Shown piece by piece: positions 11,270 through 24,160 of a DNA stretch of 63,616 nucleotides. The DNA lies in contig QPGO01000304.1 of NCBI GenBank assembly GCA_008632985.1, positions 1 through 63,616 of the forward strand, given 5' to 3'. The notes under the pieces are model-generated. The model was not told the DNA's origin. It searched no databases and saw only the letters and a program-made list of their open reading frames with translations. The position numbers and the translations under genes were made by a program. This DNA is from Psammoneis japonica. Its lineage: Eukaryota. Within the stretch, counting starts at the first letter, position 1, and every line of letters starts with the position of its first letter.

Positions 11270-13245
11270 GGTGGTGGCAAGAGGTGCAGCAAACAATCTC
11301 TTGAGTGACCACACCATGCTTTCACTGACCACCCTGTGGGCAAGTGGTTCAAAGATTTTCCCTGTGTGTGAGTGTGGGTGGGTGATGGCCATCAATGACT
11401 TCACACACACACACACACGTGTCGAAAAATGTGCCCAGAGGGGCGACACACCCGCCCATGTGGTGTGCAGTGGGACATCGCTTGGTTGATCATGTGGGAA
11501 TGGAAAAGCCAATTGATTTGATGCACAGACACACAAGAGTGAACCACAATGCCATCCTTCACACACACGAGCACCACACACAGCAGCAGTGCCAAAATCA
11601 TCGTGGTTGTTCACCCAGCCACGCTGCACATTCTCTCTCTTTCTCCTCTGCTTTTTCTTGATTTTCAGAGCCCTGCACATGTGCTTCTGTGTGCCTTGAC
11701 ATCAGCAGCACATTTGCCTTCTTTCTGCACCTGCATCCCCACTGCCAGGCTTGCTTTTTAAGAAACCCGCATTTCATGTGTTTGAAGCAAGTCATGGGTG
11801 CAGCAGAGAGAAGAGAGTTTTGTGAAAAGCACGTTGTTGTTTTTTCCCACAACAATCACTGCACATTCTTTTGTGCACAATTGTGACTCACCCAATGCGT
11901 TGCATCCATCGCTTGCTGACTTTTGAAAGCACAGTGCTTGCCCACACCACATGAGAGTTCACACCCCGATCAGTTGTCTTTGCACACAAAAGAGCTGCTG
12001 CACTGCCCTTTTCTTGCTGAAAGAAAGAACAACAAAACAACAGCATTGCTTGGGTGGAGCTCAGCTTTCTGGCACAAGCAAGGCAAAAAAGGCAATGCTT
12101 GGGCACATCTCAGCAAAGTTTTTTCAAAACAACTGATCGCCGCCACTTGGAGAGCATGTTTTCTGCTCAGCACAGTGGGAGCCAAGAAGCAAAGACAAGC
12201 AAAGTTGTGCATGTTGTGCCACTCCTCCATGCAAGGACCACATGCTGCTGTGACCATGACACAAAATCTGACTTTCTCTTTCACCTGACAAGATGTCAGT
12301 TCCTGGGGCACTTGTTCAAAGGGCAAAAAGAGCACTTCTTGATCTGCAGTCCCCTCACTCTACACCGACACATGAAGCATGCAATCTGGTGGATGGCTGC
12401 TGCAGAACTCATGAACAGTGCTGCAAGATGCTGCAGGGTGTGCTTGCTGTTGCAATGTTGTTGCACTTGTCAAGAACACACTGCACACACCAGCACATTG
12501 GTCAACACTCATGTCTCCTTTTTCCCATTGCAGCTTGTCTGCTGACTTTGCTTTCACCCTCATCCTCCCCAACACAGTGTTGCACCCTTTGCCTTGGTTT
12601 GTCAACTGCACAACTTGAAATGATGCAGCAGTTTTGGTGTTTTGGTCTGTGTTGAAGCAGCATGCCAACACTCAAGCAACAAGGCAGACGAAGGCAGCGT
12701 CGGCTCACACAGCACACAGCAAGCCCTGTCTCCCGCAACTTGTGGTGCTTTACAGAAAACAAGGTGTGTGCCAGGCAGGTTGGTGCTTCAACAACATTTT
12801 GACTTTCTTGTTCGCATGTTTTCAGGATCTGCTGCTGTCTGGGCCAACTCTTTCACTCTGTCGATGTCAAGTGCCACGTGCAGAGAACACACAAATTGTT
12901 GTGGAAGAAGGGCAGAAAGAACAAGAGTGGAGTGAACACACCACTGGCATTGTGGAATGGTTTTGTTGTTCATGCATCAGAAATGAGCAACAATGGCATC
13001 TTTCCATTGTGGCAAACTGAGAAAAACACTCTGTGGCACCCAGAGCAAACTCGCAGAACTTGGCTGTTCTTGTCTCGCAGCTTTGCAGCTGTCCCTCTGT
13101 AAAACAGAGAGGTGCTTCTTGTTCTTGTGCAGCCATCTTGTTGTCGCATGATCACCAGCCACCATGTCGAATTCACCAGAGGATTCATCCACAAAACGCC
13201 CAGCTGCCCATCATGTGGAATGAAATTAAAAATGAGCGTTGGTTT
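11270..13245. mobile_element. Eroded repeat/TE-like island 2 (TpA/CpG-depleted)
   Basis: TA nearly absent, CG strongly reduced, (CA)n tracts, no recognisable intact ORF. Confidence 0.55.
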
Positions 13246-13521
13246 TTGTGTCTCGAAGAAAAGTCATTATCCGGAGAGGAATCGGCAGTGATCACGTCAC
13301 CTGCCGAAAGCTTCTTTTGACGTAAGGCGTGCAACGAATTTTGACCGTATGATGGACATCACGTCAAGTCACGTGACGCGTTTTCGCAAGATCCGATCGC
13401 TCGCTTCACCTCTCACCTCTCTGTGATTTTTTGTCCCGTCTCCCATCCCTCTCACAATATTGAATATTATCCGAAAGTAAGAAAAAGGAACCTGCCAACT
13501 GTTTACTCCAAACATTCAACC

Positions 13522-15051
13522 ATGAGCACTCACAACTGGGAAGCAATTGAAAAGGACAAAGAAATGAAAACACAGCTTGTCGTTGACACTATTACTTCCT
13601 TTTGTACGTCTACGTCACCTCACGAGATTCTTCGTGAGATCGCCACTGAACTCCAAGCTGGTGATCATCTGGTCGCTAAAATTTTGACTGGAGGCCTGAC
13701 GAACTTTTCCTACAAGGTTTGCTTGTCCAATTCACCTGATAAGGCCTTATTTACAAAGCTGTGTTTTCCTTACGCCTTCTGGAATCCTGACCCCGATTTC
13801 TTTTACGACGTGAAGCGCACCGCCAATGAGTTTGAAATGATGCAGAGGTTCTCCAACATTGCAAACGACTGTGTCGCCAAACCTCTGCTATGCAAATCAA
13901 TCGATGATATGATGATCCTTGTGACGGAATGGTGTAGCAGCGGTGACGAACAGTGGGCGAACCAATTCATTGACGGCCGTGTCGACACGAGGTAAGGAAA
14001 ACAAGCAATGATAGTTGCTTGGGCGGGAGCGTGAGATCCAACAACAAGCACCTGATTTTTGACATTCTGTAGTCTCAATCCGGTCCTTTGTAATTCCCGT
14101 TTGATGTTAGGATTGCGCCCAAGCTAGCAGCATCCATTGCTAAACTTCACTGTGTCAGGACTTTCACCCCGACTTCAACACCAATGTGCGGCCATGCACT
14201 GTATCACTGTTTGGTCAAATCATTGATTGTCTGTGCTCCCTCATTGATTCGCCAGACACGGATGACAGTCACAGAACCCAAGAGATTGCAAGAGAAATTG
14301 GCAAAGAAGAATGCGGTGTGCTCGTGGAAAGAATGCTCGACAATTTTGAGAACGATCGTGACTGCCTCATCCACAACGATCTTCATCCCTTTAACCTTTT
14401 GGTGGAAGCCAAGCCAGACAAGGAATCTACAATGTCATTTGGACCCAACGGCGCCGTTGCCATTTGTGATTGGGAAATGTCAATAGCTGGTCCAATCGGA
14501 AGAGACATCGGCATCTTCATGGTCTTCCCACCGCTTGCGTACTAGCCCACGCACTCAACGGCGACACGGATGCATCTCTTCACATTTTAGATTTCGTGGA
14601 TATCATGTGGGAAGAGTATGCTGCAGCCATGGCGGACGGAGGATCAAAAACCAAAGAAGAATTATGCGAGATTTACCGCAATATTCTCGGTTGGTGTGGA
14701 GCCTTCCTGTTCTGCGTGCAGTTCATGATGCGGCTGCACTTGGATTGGTTGCCTCTTGACTCTTCCGATGAAGCAGTTTGTAAACAGTACAGGGACGCAG
14801 CAGGAGTTGTTGGTATCAACCTATTCCGTATGGGCTTTGAAGACAGCGATGCCGAGCACAGTTCTCTTGAACAGATTCGTGGGAGCTACAGAAAGGTGGT
14901 AGACTATGAACTAGAGGCCATCCGGCTCACAAAGGTGCCCTCGAGGCAACGCAGGCCGTCAGCGCTACGCGCCTCTGGATGCCGCGTCAGTGATGCTGCG
15001 CTCGGCTGCAGTTCTCTCGGTGTATCCACAATAGTCCATGAAGAGCACTAA
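13522..15051 (+). CDS. APH-family phosphotransferase / methylthioribose kinase-like protein (one intron; two apparent 1-bp frameshifts)
   Basis: LTGGLTNFSY, LFTKL, CLIHNDLHPFNLLV and ICDWEMSIAGPIGRDIG kinase motifs. Intron at about 13992-14110. Confidence 0.8.
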
Positions 15052-15135
15052 ATAGTAACATTACCTCTTGTAGAGTGCGCCCCACAACATCATCGACACA
15101 TACACAGGTAGGGATCATGTGCAGGCTCTTGACCG

Positions 15136-16621
15136 TCACGAGAAGTCCTCCGTTGTGACCTCGAAATCGCCCTTGGGAGACGGGCGCCAGATACCTTTGG
15201 TTATGACGTGGCTCTTGTGGCTTTCCTCATCAGAGCCATTCCGCATCAAACTAAACGTATTGTTGCTAACGCGGCCACCCGACAGCGAGACTATGTCTGC
15301 CCAGGCATCTCCAATAGGCTCTTTATCAGCATAAAGCTGCTCTTCGACACCGATATCCATTGGGCCTGGATCACTGGCCATCATGATTCGACAACTCATT
15401 CTCCAGGTGTAGTTAATGTAGTGCATAACACTCAAGTTGTCTACATCGTCACCGTAAGGATCTGACATGACCTCAGCTAGGACTCGGAGCCCCACAACAA
15501 AGATTGCTTGCAATAGTACAATGAAACCCGCCAATATATCCTGCAGCCAGTACGCATCTTGTCCAACTCCCGCAGCTATTGCAGATGACATGGAAAACAA
15601 TGGAAGATACACTGCCGAAAGAAAGCACATGAAATGATAGTAGGCGAATGAAATGGGCTGATCGTCATCATCGTAAAGTTCCGCAATGTTGCCTCGGAGC
15701 TGCAAAATTAGCTCTCGAAACTTGGAGGATAAGAAGGGGTTGATAATGCCTTCTTCTGATGCACTCTTCACTTCCAACAGGCACCATACTATTAGCTCTC
15801 GATATGCTGACCCATCCGCGTTCATGTCAATTCTTTCCATACGTTGAACCTCTTTGGGTGTGAGGAATCGATGCAGCTGGTTGATTTCCGTAAAGAAATT
15901 CCTGAAAGTGTAAATTCGTGACAGCCCCACGTATGCGGCGATATGCTACGGAAAACAAATGAACCGGAAGAGGTGTGAGCCTCGTTTATTCATTAATCCT
16001 TTCAACCACCCCAGCCATCGAATGAACGTACCACAGCATTCATGTACCTGACCAAGCGTAGTCCTCTTTCTCTCGGCAAAGTTGTTCTCGCTAGTGCTGC
16101 GCAATCAATGATACGAGATTCACACTTCATGGACAATCCATAGATAACCTCCAGACTTGAATTGGAGTCGTTGACGAACAATACTAAAAAGAACGACAAG
16201 AAGACACCAACAGCTGCTATGTCAGCGCCCGCAATGTCGTTCAAGACATCCGGCAAAGTATCAGTGTGGGCAAGGATCCGAACAATCACGTAAATTCCCA
16301 TCGTGACCCACATGAGCGTATCCTTGGAAAGAAGTTTCAGTAGAGTACCATCCCAGAAAAAGACTATTCGGAAAAATCCGTATCTGCCCTGCCTCTTAAG
16401 AATCGCCCGGCGTCTCTTTTCGATGGACTACAGGAAACAAAAGAAAAGAATGGGCGTGAGGTCGCAAGTCACAAATTACACATTATATGGATCTACAAAA
16501 AAAGATGTACGAAACACTGGAGACTCCTAGAGCGTCGCACCTGGAGCGTCTCCCAGCTATGCTCCTTATCACTGCCAGAGACGATTTTTGTCACGCTTTT
16601 TGCAAGGTGTTTAACTGGCAT
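15136..16621 (-). CDS. Bestrophin-family anion channel (3 exons)
   Basis: FFWDGTLLK, FLSFFLVLFVN, QPISFAYYH, MSDPYGDDVDNL. Exon 1 MPVKHLAK...WETLQ followed by GT. Confidence 0.85.
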
Positions 16622-17129
16622 CGTGAATCAGTTGCCGTCGTATCGTTGCTGCTTCCTCATTCTCTGCGCCATGTTGTTTGTTGTGCAGTGCATTGCACAG
16701 CCTTTCACCTTTCACGTGCGACATCACCGCATCGGGGATGTTTTCTTGTCTGACTCAAGCTCGTTGTAAGCGCCCTACTGTACAGTACAAAAAACGCCAA
16801 GGAGGTTTATGTCACGGACATTGAACGTCTTATGTCCATAATGTCTCCGTAAATGTCCGTAAATGCGTCATAAATTCAAAAAATTGAAAAAACCAGTTGA
16901 AGAGTCTAACATCTAACCCCCCTCGTCCGCAACATGCAAGCTGAGTTTTTGTTATGTTCTTGTGTTGAGAACAATTCTCACAAGAGAAATATAGACTAGT
17001 GTAGCTAGTTTGGCTCTCGGTCTCACCTTTGCCTTCTGTGTGGCCTCGTTTTTGTCTGGATCGTTTTGCCGCCAAGCAAAGCGTGCAAAGCGCTTGTTCG
17101 GAGGCCATTGTTTACGAGGGAAGAGAAGC

Positions 17130-18458
17130 ATGCCACCGAGAGCTGCATTTTTAGCTGGTGCCTTCTGGCTACTAGCAACGGGGCTAACTCAGATTTTTAT
17201 TGCCTTGTATTTGGCTCCGACCAGTGGAAAAATTGATAGCATTTCGCGACGCACTACAAATAATGAGAACACTATCGATTATTCTCTTTCCGAAATACCA
17301 CCCACAAGTTGGAGAATAGATGAAAACATCACCGTGAAATTTGATTTTGAAGTAAAGAATTCCTCTGACTCAAGCTACATCTATTGGCCTGAGGTTCCAA
17401 GGCAGCAATACTCCGATTTGACACGGGTATTTAAGCCGTGGACTTCTTCTACAAATTACTCGTGGTGTGAGCATGACAGGCGAAAGTTTTCTCGGGACAC
17501 ACCAGCTGGACTCCTCTTTGTCAAGGTACCAAAGGCGGCGTCATCAACGCTTTCAGGAATTGTACTGAGAATTGCTAATCACTATGGGCGTCGCCACGGC
17601 ATCAGGAGCATCCCAAACACTAGGTGTTACACCAAGCATCACCATGTTGACACTAAAGAATACCACCATCGGGACAGTTCTAGATCCTTCTTGATGGGAA
17701 ATATTCGTGATATCACAAGCCGGGCGTTAAGCCATGTCTATTTCCGGCACTCCGCAAGCCAGCTCGATCTGAGGTACTACCAAAACTCGTCGTTTCTGTC
17801 ATCGGGGCAAGTTGTGGAACTGCTATCAACTGACCCGCATACGCCATGGTGTTTTCCCGATAGAGCCAATCTTGATCTAGGATTTCAGTTGGGATACCTA
17901 AATACGCAGCCAGCATCGTTGCAGCTGGCTGTGACGATGAACTTGTCTCTAGTTCAAGAGCGCGTTCGACAAGTAATTCAAAGCTACGACTTCATCACGG
18001 TGGCAGAACGCATGGACGAGTCCATGGTAGTGCTTCAATTCCTCTTGGATTTGACCCCTCACGACCTCTTGTATCTACCATCTAAAGTGAAGGGATCCTA
18101 CGTCCCTGTGGGCGATGATAAAAACTGCAGGCGTATTTCCATACCAGACAAAATATCCCCAGAGCTTCATGAGTTTCTGTCATCCGAACTTTGGTACGTT
18201 AAGAATTACGGAGATTACTTGTTGTACAAGGCAGTCAACGCCTCTCTGGATAGAACCATTGAACAACTTGGAAGAAAACGTTTTGAGAGTGCCCTTAAAA
18301 ACTACCGGCGGCTACTTCGTAAGGCGCAAAGCGAGTGCAGCGAGGCAGCTATCTTTCCGTGTTCAACAAATGGCACGTCGCAGGTGGAGCGAAGCAAGAG
18401 CAACTGCTATGATAACGATTGGGGCTGCGGATACCCATGCATAGATCAAATCAAATAA
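17130..18458 (+). CDS. Type II membrane sulfotransferase (galactose-3-O-sulfotransferase-like)
   Basis: N-terminal TM helix, 5'-PSB motif FVKVPKAASSTLSG, YDFITVAERMDESMV, NASLDRTI, C-terminal CYxxDWGCGYPC. Confidence 0.8.
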   Translation: MPPRAAFLAGAFWLLATGLTQIFIALYLAPTSGKIDSISRRTTNNENTIDYSLSEIPPTSWRIDENITVKFDFEVKNSSDSSYIYWPEVPRQQYSDLTRVFKPWTSSTNYSWCEHDRRKFSRDTPAGLLFVKVPKAASSTLSGIVLRIANHYGRRHGIRSIPNTRCYTKHHHVDTKEYHHRDSSRSFLMGNIRDITSRALSHVYFRHSASQLDLRYYQNSSFLSSGQVVELLSTDPHTPWCFPDRANLDLGFQLGYLNTQPASLQLAVTMNLSLVQERVRQVIQSYDFITVAERMDESMVVLQFLLDLTPHDLLYLPSKVKGSYVPVGDDKNCRRISIPDKISPELHEFLSSELWYVKNYGDYLLYKAVNASLDRTIEQLGRKRFESALKNYRRLLRKAQSECSEAAIFPCSTNGTSQVERSKSNCYDNDWGCGYPCIDQIK

Positions 18459-18857
18459 AAACTTTCGAGTCAATTTGAACCCAAAGGCAGATTTAAAATT
18501 TTAATGGACGAAAGGAAGGAGTCGTCGAGTCGCACAAAAACCTTAGTCTAGTAGTAATAGTACTGTAGTTTTGAGTTTGGTCCCGCGAAAGCTTTGGCGT
18601 AGAGATGAACAGACCGAACGGAATAAATTGTTTGTTTCAAGCATGTGTGGTAATGACTTTGACCTTGGTATACTCGTAAACCTTAAAATAGTGCGTTGGA
18701 GTAACAACTTGCAACTCACGCAGGTCCCGAATGTGCTTGAAAAGCACACTCCAAGAAGTTAACGCACTCCGTTCGGAGCAGCGGGTAGCATGAATTCTGG
18801 TACGCTCATACTGTCAAAATATCTGCAAGAAGAACAAGGTGACAAACTTCGAACAGA

Positions 18858-19547
18858 ATGAGGGAATACATGTTGCCCAGGATGGTGAGAGAATCAGTGA
18901 AACCTCAAGTCCCCCCATGGTGCGAACTATACGAACGGTATGAAACGGCATGTGCGCATCTCCCACCGCTACCTCCTTCCATTAAGACCTTTTGTAAACA
19001 TGTTGTAAGCAACGTCAGCAGATGCACTTCATCCTGCAGTTGTATTCGACCCGATCCGACGAAGCTTGTAGATGAACCCTTCTCGTCTGACGGCAAAGTT
19101 TCGACGCACACAAGGACGTCAGAAGTAAATCAGAGACTTGGTTCGCACCGTTCGAACGACTGGCTCAACAGCGACTGTTCCTCTCCTTTTCTGTGGGACG
19201 AGATTGAATCCACGTCATCACTAGAAGATGTATGTATCGATGACGGCTTCGTTGACGACGAAAACGATATTGGATTGAACGCACGACCACCATCAATAAT
19301 ATCTGGAATGCTTTATGGTCACTGTGGCAACCAGGAGGGCGCCTCCGGGATCAACCGGTTCACGGGAGAGATCTACATACCGATGCATCTCACGAATGAG
19401 AAATGTTGCCGATTGCACCACTACCCTGCTCCACCAACCAAAGCACGCAATGGACACGCCATGATTGGAGCACAAAACGGTTGCTACCCAAAAGAAGCGA
19501 GAACACATTCACTCCGACAGAATCATGCACAAAACCTGATGGTATAG
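18858..19547 (+). CDS. Hypothetical protein
   Basis: 229-codon ATG ORF in normal-composition DNA; no recognised domain. Confidence 0.35.
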   Translation: MREYMLPRMVRESVKPQVPPWCELYERYETACAHLPPLPPSIKTFCKHVVSNVSRCTSSCSCIRPDPTKLVDEPFSSDGKVSTHTRTSEVNQRLGSHRSNDWLNSDCSSPFLWDEIESTSSLEDVCIDDGFVDDENDIGLNARPPSIISGMLYGHCGNQEGASGINRFTGEIYIPMHLTNEKCCRLHHYPAPPTKARNGHAMIGAQNGCYPKEARTHSLRQNHAQNLMV

Positions 19548-19944
19548 GCTCCAAGGCTACGTATGGTAGGATCGCAGCTTCCATGCTTCGCACAAGGACT
19601 TGAAGAAAACATATCTAACTCTCTAATACAACCCGCCAAGCTCTTTGTCAATATTCCCCTGTTCTTCGCCAGACATGAGCGGCATGAAGCATTTTCAAAC
19701 GAAGATACCGCACTTCCAACTTTGTCCCACTTTCGACTTTTAAGCCTTATTTAGCTTGAAAGCCTCCAGTAGAGTGGTCATAGGAGGGTTAAGCTTTGAA
19801 AGATTTCTTGTGCCGGAAAGCTGTTCATGGACTAAAGGAGTCATCCTCGATCGTCCAACACAAATTGCAACCTCAATTTGAGCCATCTTCAACATCTTGC
19901 GCGAGTGCTAGATGAAATCTCAAACTATGATCCATTAGACGTGC

Positions 19945-21150
19945 TCACTCAGTTTCAAGCTTCTCGCCGGTGAAAGTCTCGTGCACAGCTCTTGCTTCCT
20001 TCATTGCTGCACTTTCGACCTCGCTTGCCGTCGACGATGTGTTGGAACGGTGGCCATTCTTATTTGGGGGCGAGGTGTCTGGGCTGTGGATTCGCTTTGC
20101 CGATTGACCCGCTCTTGCTGCGCGAAAACCTCCGTCGCCGACGAGTGCTTGCGTCTTTTCGTCCATGGCAAGCACATTGTGCCGACGCATAGCTTCAAAG
20201 TTGTGCAAATCATTCAAATGAGGAAAGCAGGCAACGACGTGTGTGACAGCCATGAATCCCCAAATAAGGTGTGCGATATGGTCTTCACTGCCTTCCCGGG
20301 CGTGAATCGATTCGTAGTGACGTTTCATTGAATCGATTCTGGAGGAAATCGGGAATCCCTCTTGAAGCCAAGTATCTGGTTTGTCCCACTTTAAGGAACA
20401 TAGTTCATTATGGATTCCTAAACGTTCCAGTGCGACAGAGGGCAAAAGATCGATTCGGCATCCCTCAATTGCGTACTTTCCCAACGTGTTCTCTATGTCT
20501 GGATCATCCGCTTCTTCTTCTACCCACACAACGCTAGGATTCTGATACTTGTGATAGAAATCCTCACGTTGCTTCGCTCGCTGCTGTGGCGAATATTTCG
20601 CATACTGGAAGCCGTCTACTTCAGCTGCTGCCATTGCACACCAGCAAGCCATCTGAAAAAAGTCGCGACCGTCACAGGTTGCCAATCCTTCAGCTTCCGC
20701 CTTTAGGAATAGGGCATTTGAAATATTGGTAAAGTAGCGATAATCGTAGCCAGGATAAATCTTTGACCGCTCATATGCATATCGAGCCATCGTTTGCATG
20801 ACCCGAAACTCTCGATTGATGAATACTCCCATATCATATATCCAATAGCTACTCGTGAGATGTTGAACACCTCGGCCGCGTTTCTCTCCTGGAACTGGAT
20901 CCTCTAGAATACCAATATTATAAATCTTGATTCCCTTGATATAATCCTTATTTTCAGTGATGACTTCGTTCTTACATGGCACATGTTTGTCTTCTTTTTC
21001 CTTTGCTTTTTGGCAGGTACAGCGCTCGTGTTTTGTAATCGTCAAGCTCAGAGCCACCCCTGTTGTTGCCGACAGCATGATGGTTCCGCGCTCAAAATAA
21101 GGCCGACGAAGTCTGCAAAAGCAAAATCTTGTAAAGAAGCGAGTCGCCAT
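19945..21150 (-). CDS. Protein with a DUF5664 / dATP-dGTP diphosphohydrolase N-terminal-like domain; possible mitochondrial presequence
   Basis: Intronless 401 aa ORF. Residues about 230-300 read RIDLLPSVALERLGIHNE...W..GFPISSRIDSMKRH...EDHIAHLIW. Arg/Phe-rich N-terminus. Confidence 0.65.
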   Translation of the reverse strand: MATRFFTRFCFCRLRRPYFERGTIMLSATTGVALSLTITKHERCTCQKAKEKEDKHVPCKNEVITENKDYIKGIKIYNIGILEDPVPGEKRGRGVQHLTSSYWIYDMGVFINREFRVMQTMARYAYERSKIYPGYDYRYFTNISNALFLKAEAEGLATCDGRDFFQMACWCAMAAAEVDGFQYAKYSPQQRAKQREDFYHKYQNPSVVWVEEEADDPDIENTLGKYAIEGCRIDLLPSVALERLGIHNELCSLKWDKPDTWLQEGFPISSRIDSMKRHYESIHAREGSEDHIAHLIWGFMAVTHVVACFPHLNDLHNFEAMRRHNVLAMDEKTQALVGDGGFRAARAGQSAKRIHSPDTSPPNKNGHRSNTSSTASEVESAAMKEARAVHETFTGEKLETE

Positions 21151-21383
21151 GGTTGGGCTATCGAGTAAAAGTGCCGCGACGCAAAAAGATGTTGACCCGT
21201 GTCATCATGGCTGATGTTGAATGTGCGATGTGCTTGTGAGATTTGGTCCGTGTGCGTGCGTGCACACGAGTGGCGGCGCGCGCGCGAATGAAATCTTTTG
21301 GAAGCGCACACGCCCAAACCGGCCCAAACCGCGAAGCACGAAGAACGAAGGCTCAGAAGACAGCGGGAGAAGAAGGGTGCACC

Positions 21384-21701
21384 ATGGCGGAGGAACCAAC
21401 CCAAGAAACGACGCAGGAAGCACCTGCCGAAGAGGGTACAGCTCAGGAATCTCCACAAGAAGAGCCCAAGGCACATCCCGTCATGGATGCGCTGAAAACT
21501 GCAAAGATCGTTACGGAAGAAAAGGTGGTGAAGCCCCTCATTGAAGGAGTCAAGACAGCGCCGGGTACCACGGTACATGTCGCTAAGGATGCAACAAAAA
21601 TTACTGCCGATGCTGCCGTCAAAGGAGCAAAAGTTAGAAACGAGACAAACCCTATCAATCCTACCAAGAATCCTTTAGCGCCGCCAAAAGATGGAGAATG
21701 A
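21384..21701 (+). CDS. Small hydrophilic hypothetical protein (acidic N-terminus, Ala/Lys/Thr-rich)
   Basis: ATG in ACCATGG context, 105 aa, divergent from the preceding gene. Confidence 0.6.
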   Translation: MAEEPTQETTQEAPAEEGTAQESPQEEPKAHPVMDALKTAKIVTEEKVVKPLIEGVKTAPGTTVHVAKDATKITADAAVKGAKVRNETNPINPTKNPLAPPKDGE

Positions 21702-21821
21702 GAGGAGGAAAACTGCTGGTATACGGAATGTTGGACGTGTTGGTTTGGTTGCGTACAAAGGAGACAAGGAAACTTTCTTCTGTAGAAAGTTAAGTAGGTC
21801 CCTTTAATTTAACTTTCAATA

Positions 21822-23882
21822 TCAAGCCTTCTCCCATGTCGCTTTACCTTTGAAAACATCGAAGTGTGGTGCAGGCTCAGAGAGCAGAACTCCGCTCCCC
21901 CGCTCATACATTGGTGCTTCTGACCTAATTGCGTTACACGGTAGTCGCATCAAGGGCAAAGAGTTAGCTTGGGGAGTGTCTTTCAATGCTTTCATGGCGA
22001 TGTGCATAGCCACTTTTAGGTGAAGTTCAAAGAATTGGGCCTGAGCGTCGAAAGCGCCAATCACCCCACCGTTGTCTAAAACCGCTTTCAATAATGTCTG
22101 CGCAACAGCATTCTTGCCCTTGCAGCTTGAGAAACTCTTGTATTTTCGTCGGAACTCAGCAGCCAACATACGAAACCTTTTGTTGCCTGGATGGCTAACA
22201 TTGCTACCCACGTTGACTATAACATCCTTGTCTCTTGCTCCACGTTGATGAAACTCGCCTCTGTCGTTCGCGACGGCGACGGTCGCCGGTCCGCGGCGGC
22301 GGCGGTTCCACAAAATCTTTTCCAAGCTGTCGAATTCTATCCAAGTATATTGGGACTCGAAAATTCCACATCAGGGCGAGGCTCAAGCTGCCGCTTTTCT
22401 GATTCGCTGTTGTTTGCGGTACGCATACTGATCCAATCTACCCAGTCCTTGCTGCGTAGTTGCAAGTGGTGAGCATCCTTCCGAAAGCCGCGACTAAAGG
22501 CCTTCGGGCTGAGACGTTGCAAACAGACTTGAAGATTGGTCGGTATGGCTGTACATTTACCCAAAGAGTGATGATAAGACATTCCATGCAGCCATGTCGC
22601 AAGCTCCGATGGATTGTCCAGAATCTCTTCCTCAAGAACCAGCTTGGGAGGGTCAAAATCTCTTGACGTACCTGCTGGAGATCTTTCTTCTCGTCCATGA
22701 CAGAAACGACATTGAAGCTTCATTCGAAGGGGTTTTGGAGTACGCACATCCGAGCGCGTCTCCGTTTCAGCGGCGGCAGATATCTTTTCCGCAATCTCCC
22801 AACAATCCAACATTCGCGAAATAAAGGGAGATTCAACTGCACGTTCAGACCACGGAATCTCATTCAAACTACATACAGCACGTTCTTCAATCCCGTTGAC
22901 TTCATCACGGCGCTTCAGAACTGCCGATACGACAGCCTCTTGCAGTTCTTGAAAATATTCGTCAGGGATTTCTGGAGGAGCCACTACAGGGGGTGGTTGC
23001 ACCCTAGGTGGTGGCAACACAGGATTAATTTTTCGGTTCATGCCAAAGAGCCGGTACGAATTGCAATACCATCGAACGAATTGCTCTAACGGTATCATGG
23101 GATGCTTCGACGATGTCGTTGACGCCTTTGAAAGTTCGTTTTTGTTATAATCATCAACAAATGGACAACCGTCTTGGTGCTTTGCGATGCTCTCAAGCGC
23201 GTTTAACAAGGATGCTGAACAGTAATTTCAAATTGCCCCTTACTGTACTCCCAGAACGGACTTGAAGTTCTTGAGAAACAAGGATCGCATAGCCGGAGTC
23301 ATGGTCGTGCAACAAAAATGGGCTTCTGCCGTCATCCCATTCTGAACATTCACTTCCTGGGGATGTTTACTCCGGAACTGAAATTTCACGAGCTGCACAT
23401 TCTGAATCAATGAAGCGTTGCGGCTCGACAGCTGGTGAAGAAACTGCACGTGCAGCGAGGTGGGGTTTCTGCTGGTAGGGAACATGCTGCAATGCGTTGG
23501 TATGGCATCCAAAATCCACATATGACCTTTTTGAGGATTGGTGTTCTGTAGTTGAGAGTTAAGATGAGAATAAGGATGCCGCGGAAGTGGCTGGCGATTG
23601 CAATTGTTGGAATATCCCTGATTATAGTGCTTCCGAAGAGCTCTGTTTTTTTTTCATTGTTGGTATGCAGTATCTCTCCTTATTGTTATTACCTCGTTGC
23701 AACAAACTATGCAAGCTTATGGGAGGCTGATAGCCGATGGCTGGTGAGAGCGACAACGGCGGCTGATACGTATGATGATGCCATGGGCCATGGCATAATA
23801 GCGCTTGAAACTGGGAGTCAAGAGTCAATCCTTCGACCGTCACATAGACTACCATAACCTTACCGGTAGTCGATTGATTCAT
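21822..23882 (-). CDS. Diatom DUF6824-domain protein (multi-segment; exon structure and start uncertain)
   Basis: C-terminal RDKDVIVNVGSNVSHPGNKRFR...KY...KNAVAQ...VLDNGG motif. Upstream collinear ORFs 22337-23209 (QCRFC) and 23240-23521. Confidence 0.55.
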
Positions 23883-24160
23883 TCGAATGCTGATCGTGCT
23901 GAGTCGAGCTCTCCACGCGAGCTTTCCGCAAATGGAAAAATCGAAGGTGCGTGCGGTCACAAAAAATCTTGCAGCCAACATCAACCCATGGCGGCGCATT
24001 TGACGCTGCGCTGACTAATCGCAAGGAAGCTGTCCGTTGGAAAATCACCGAAGAAAGCTAACGTTGATAAAGTCGTAGGTACCGACAAAACTGGAAACAA
24101 GAAACGGAGAGTGGTGAACGTAAGCTTTGCACAATTTTTTTCAGAGTCACACCACACACT

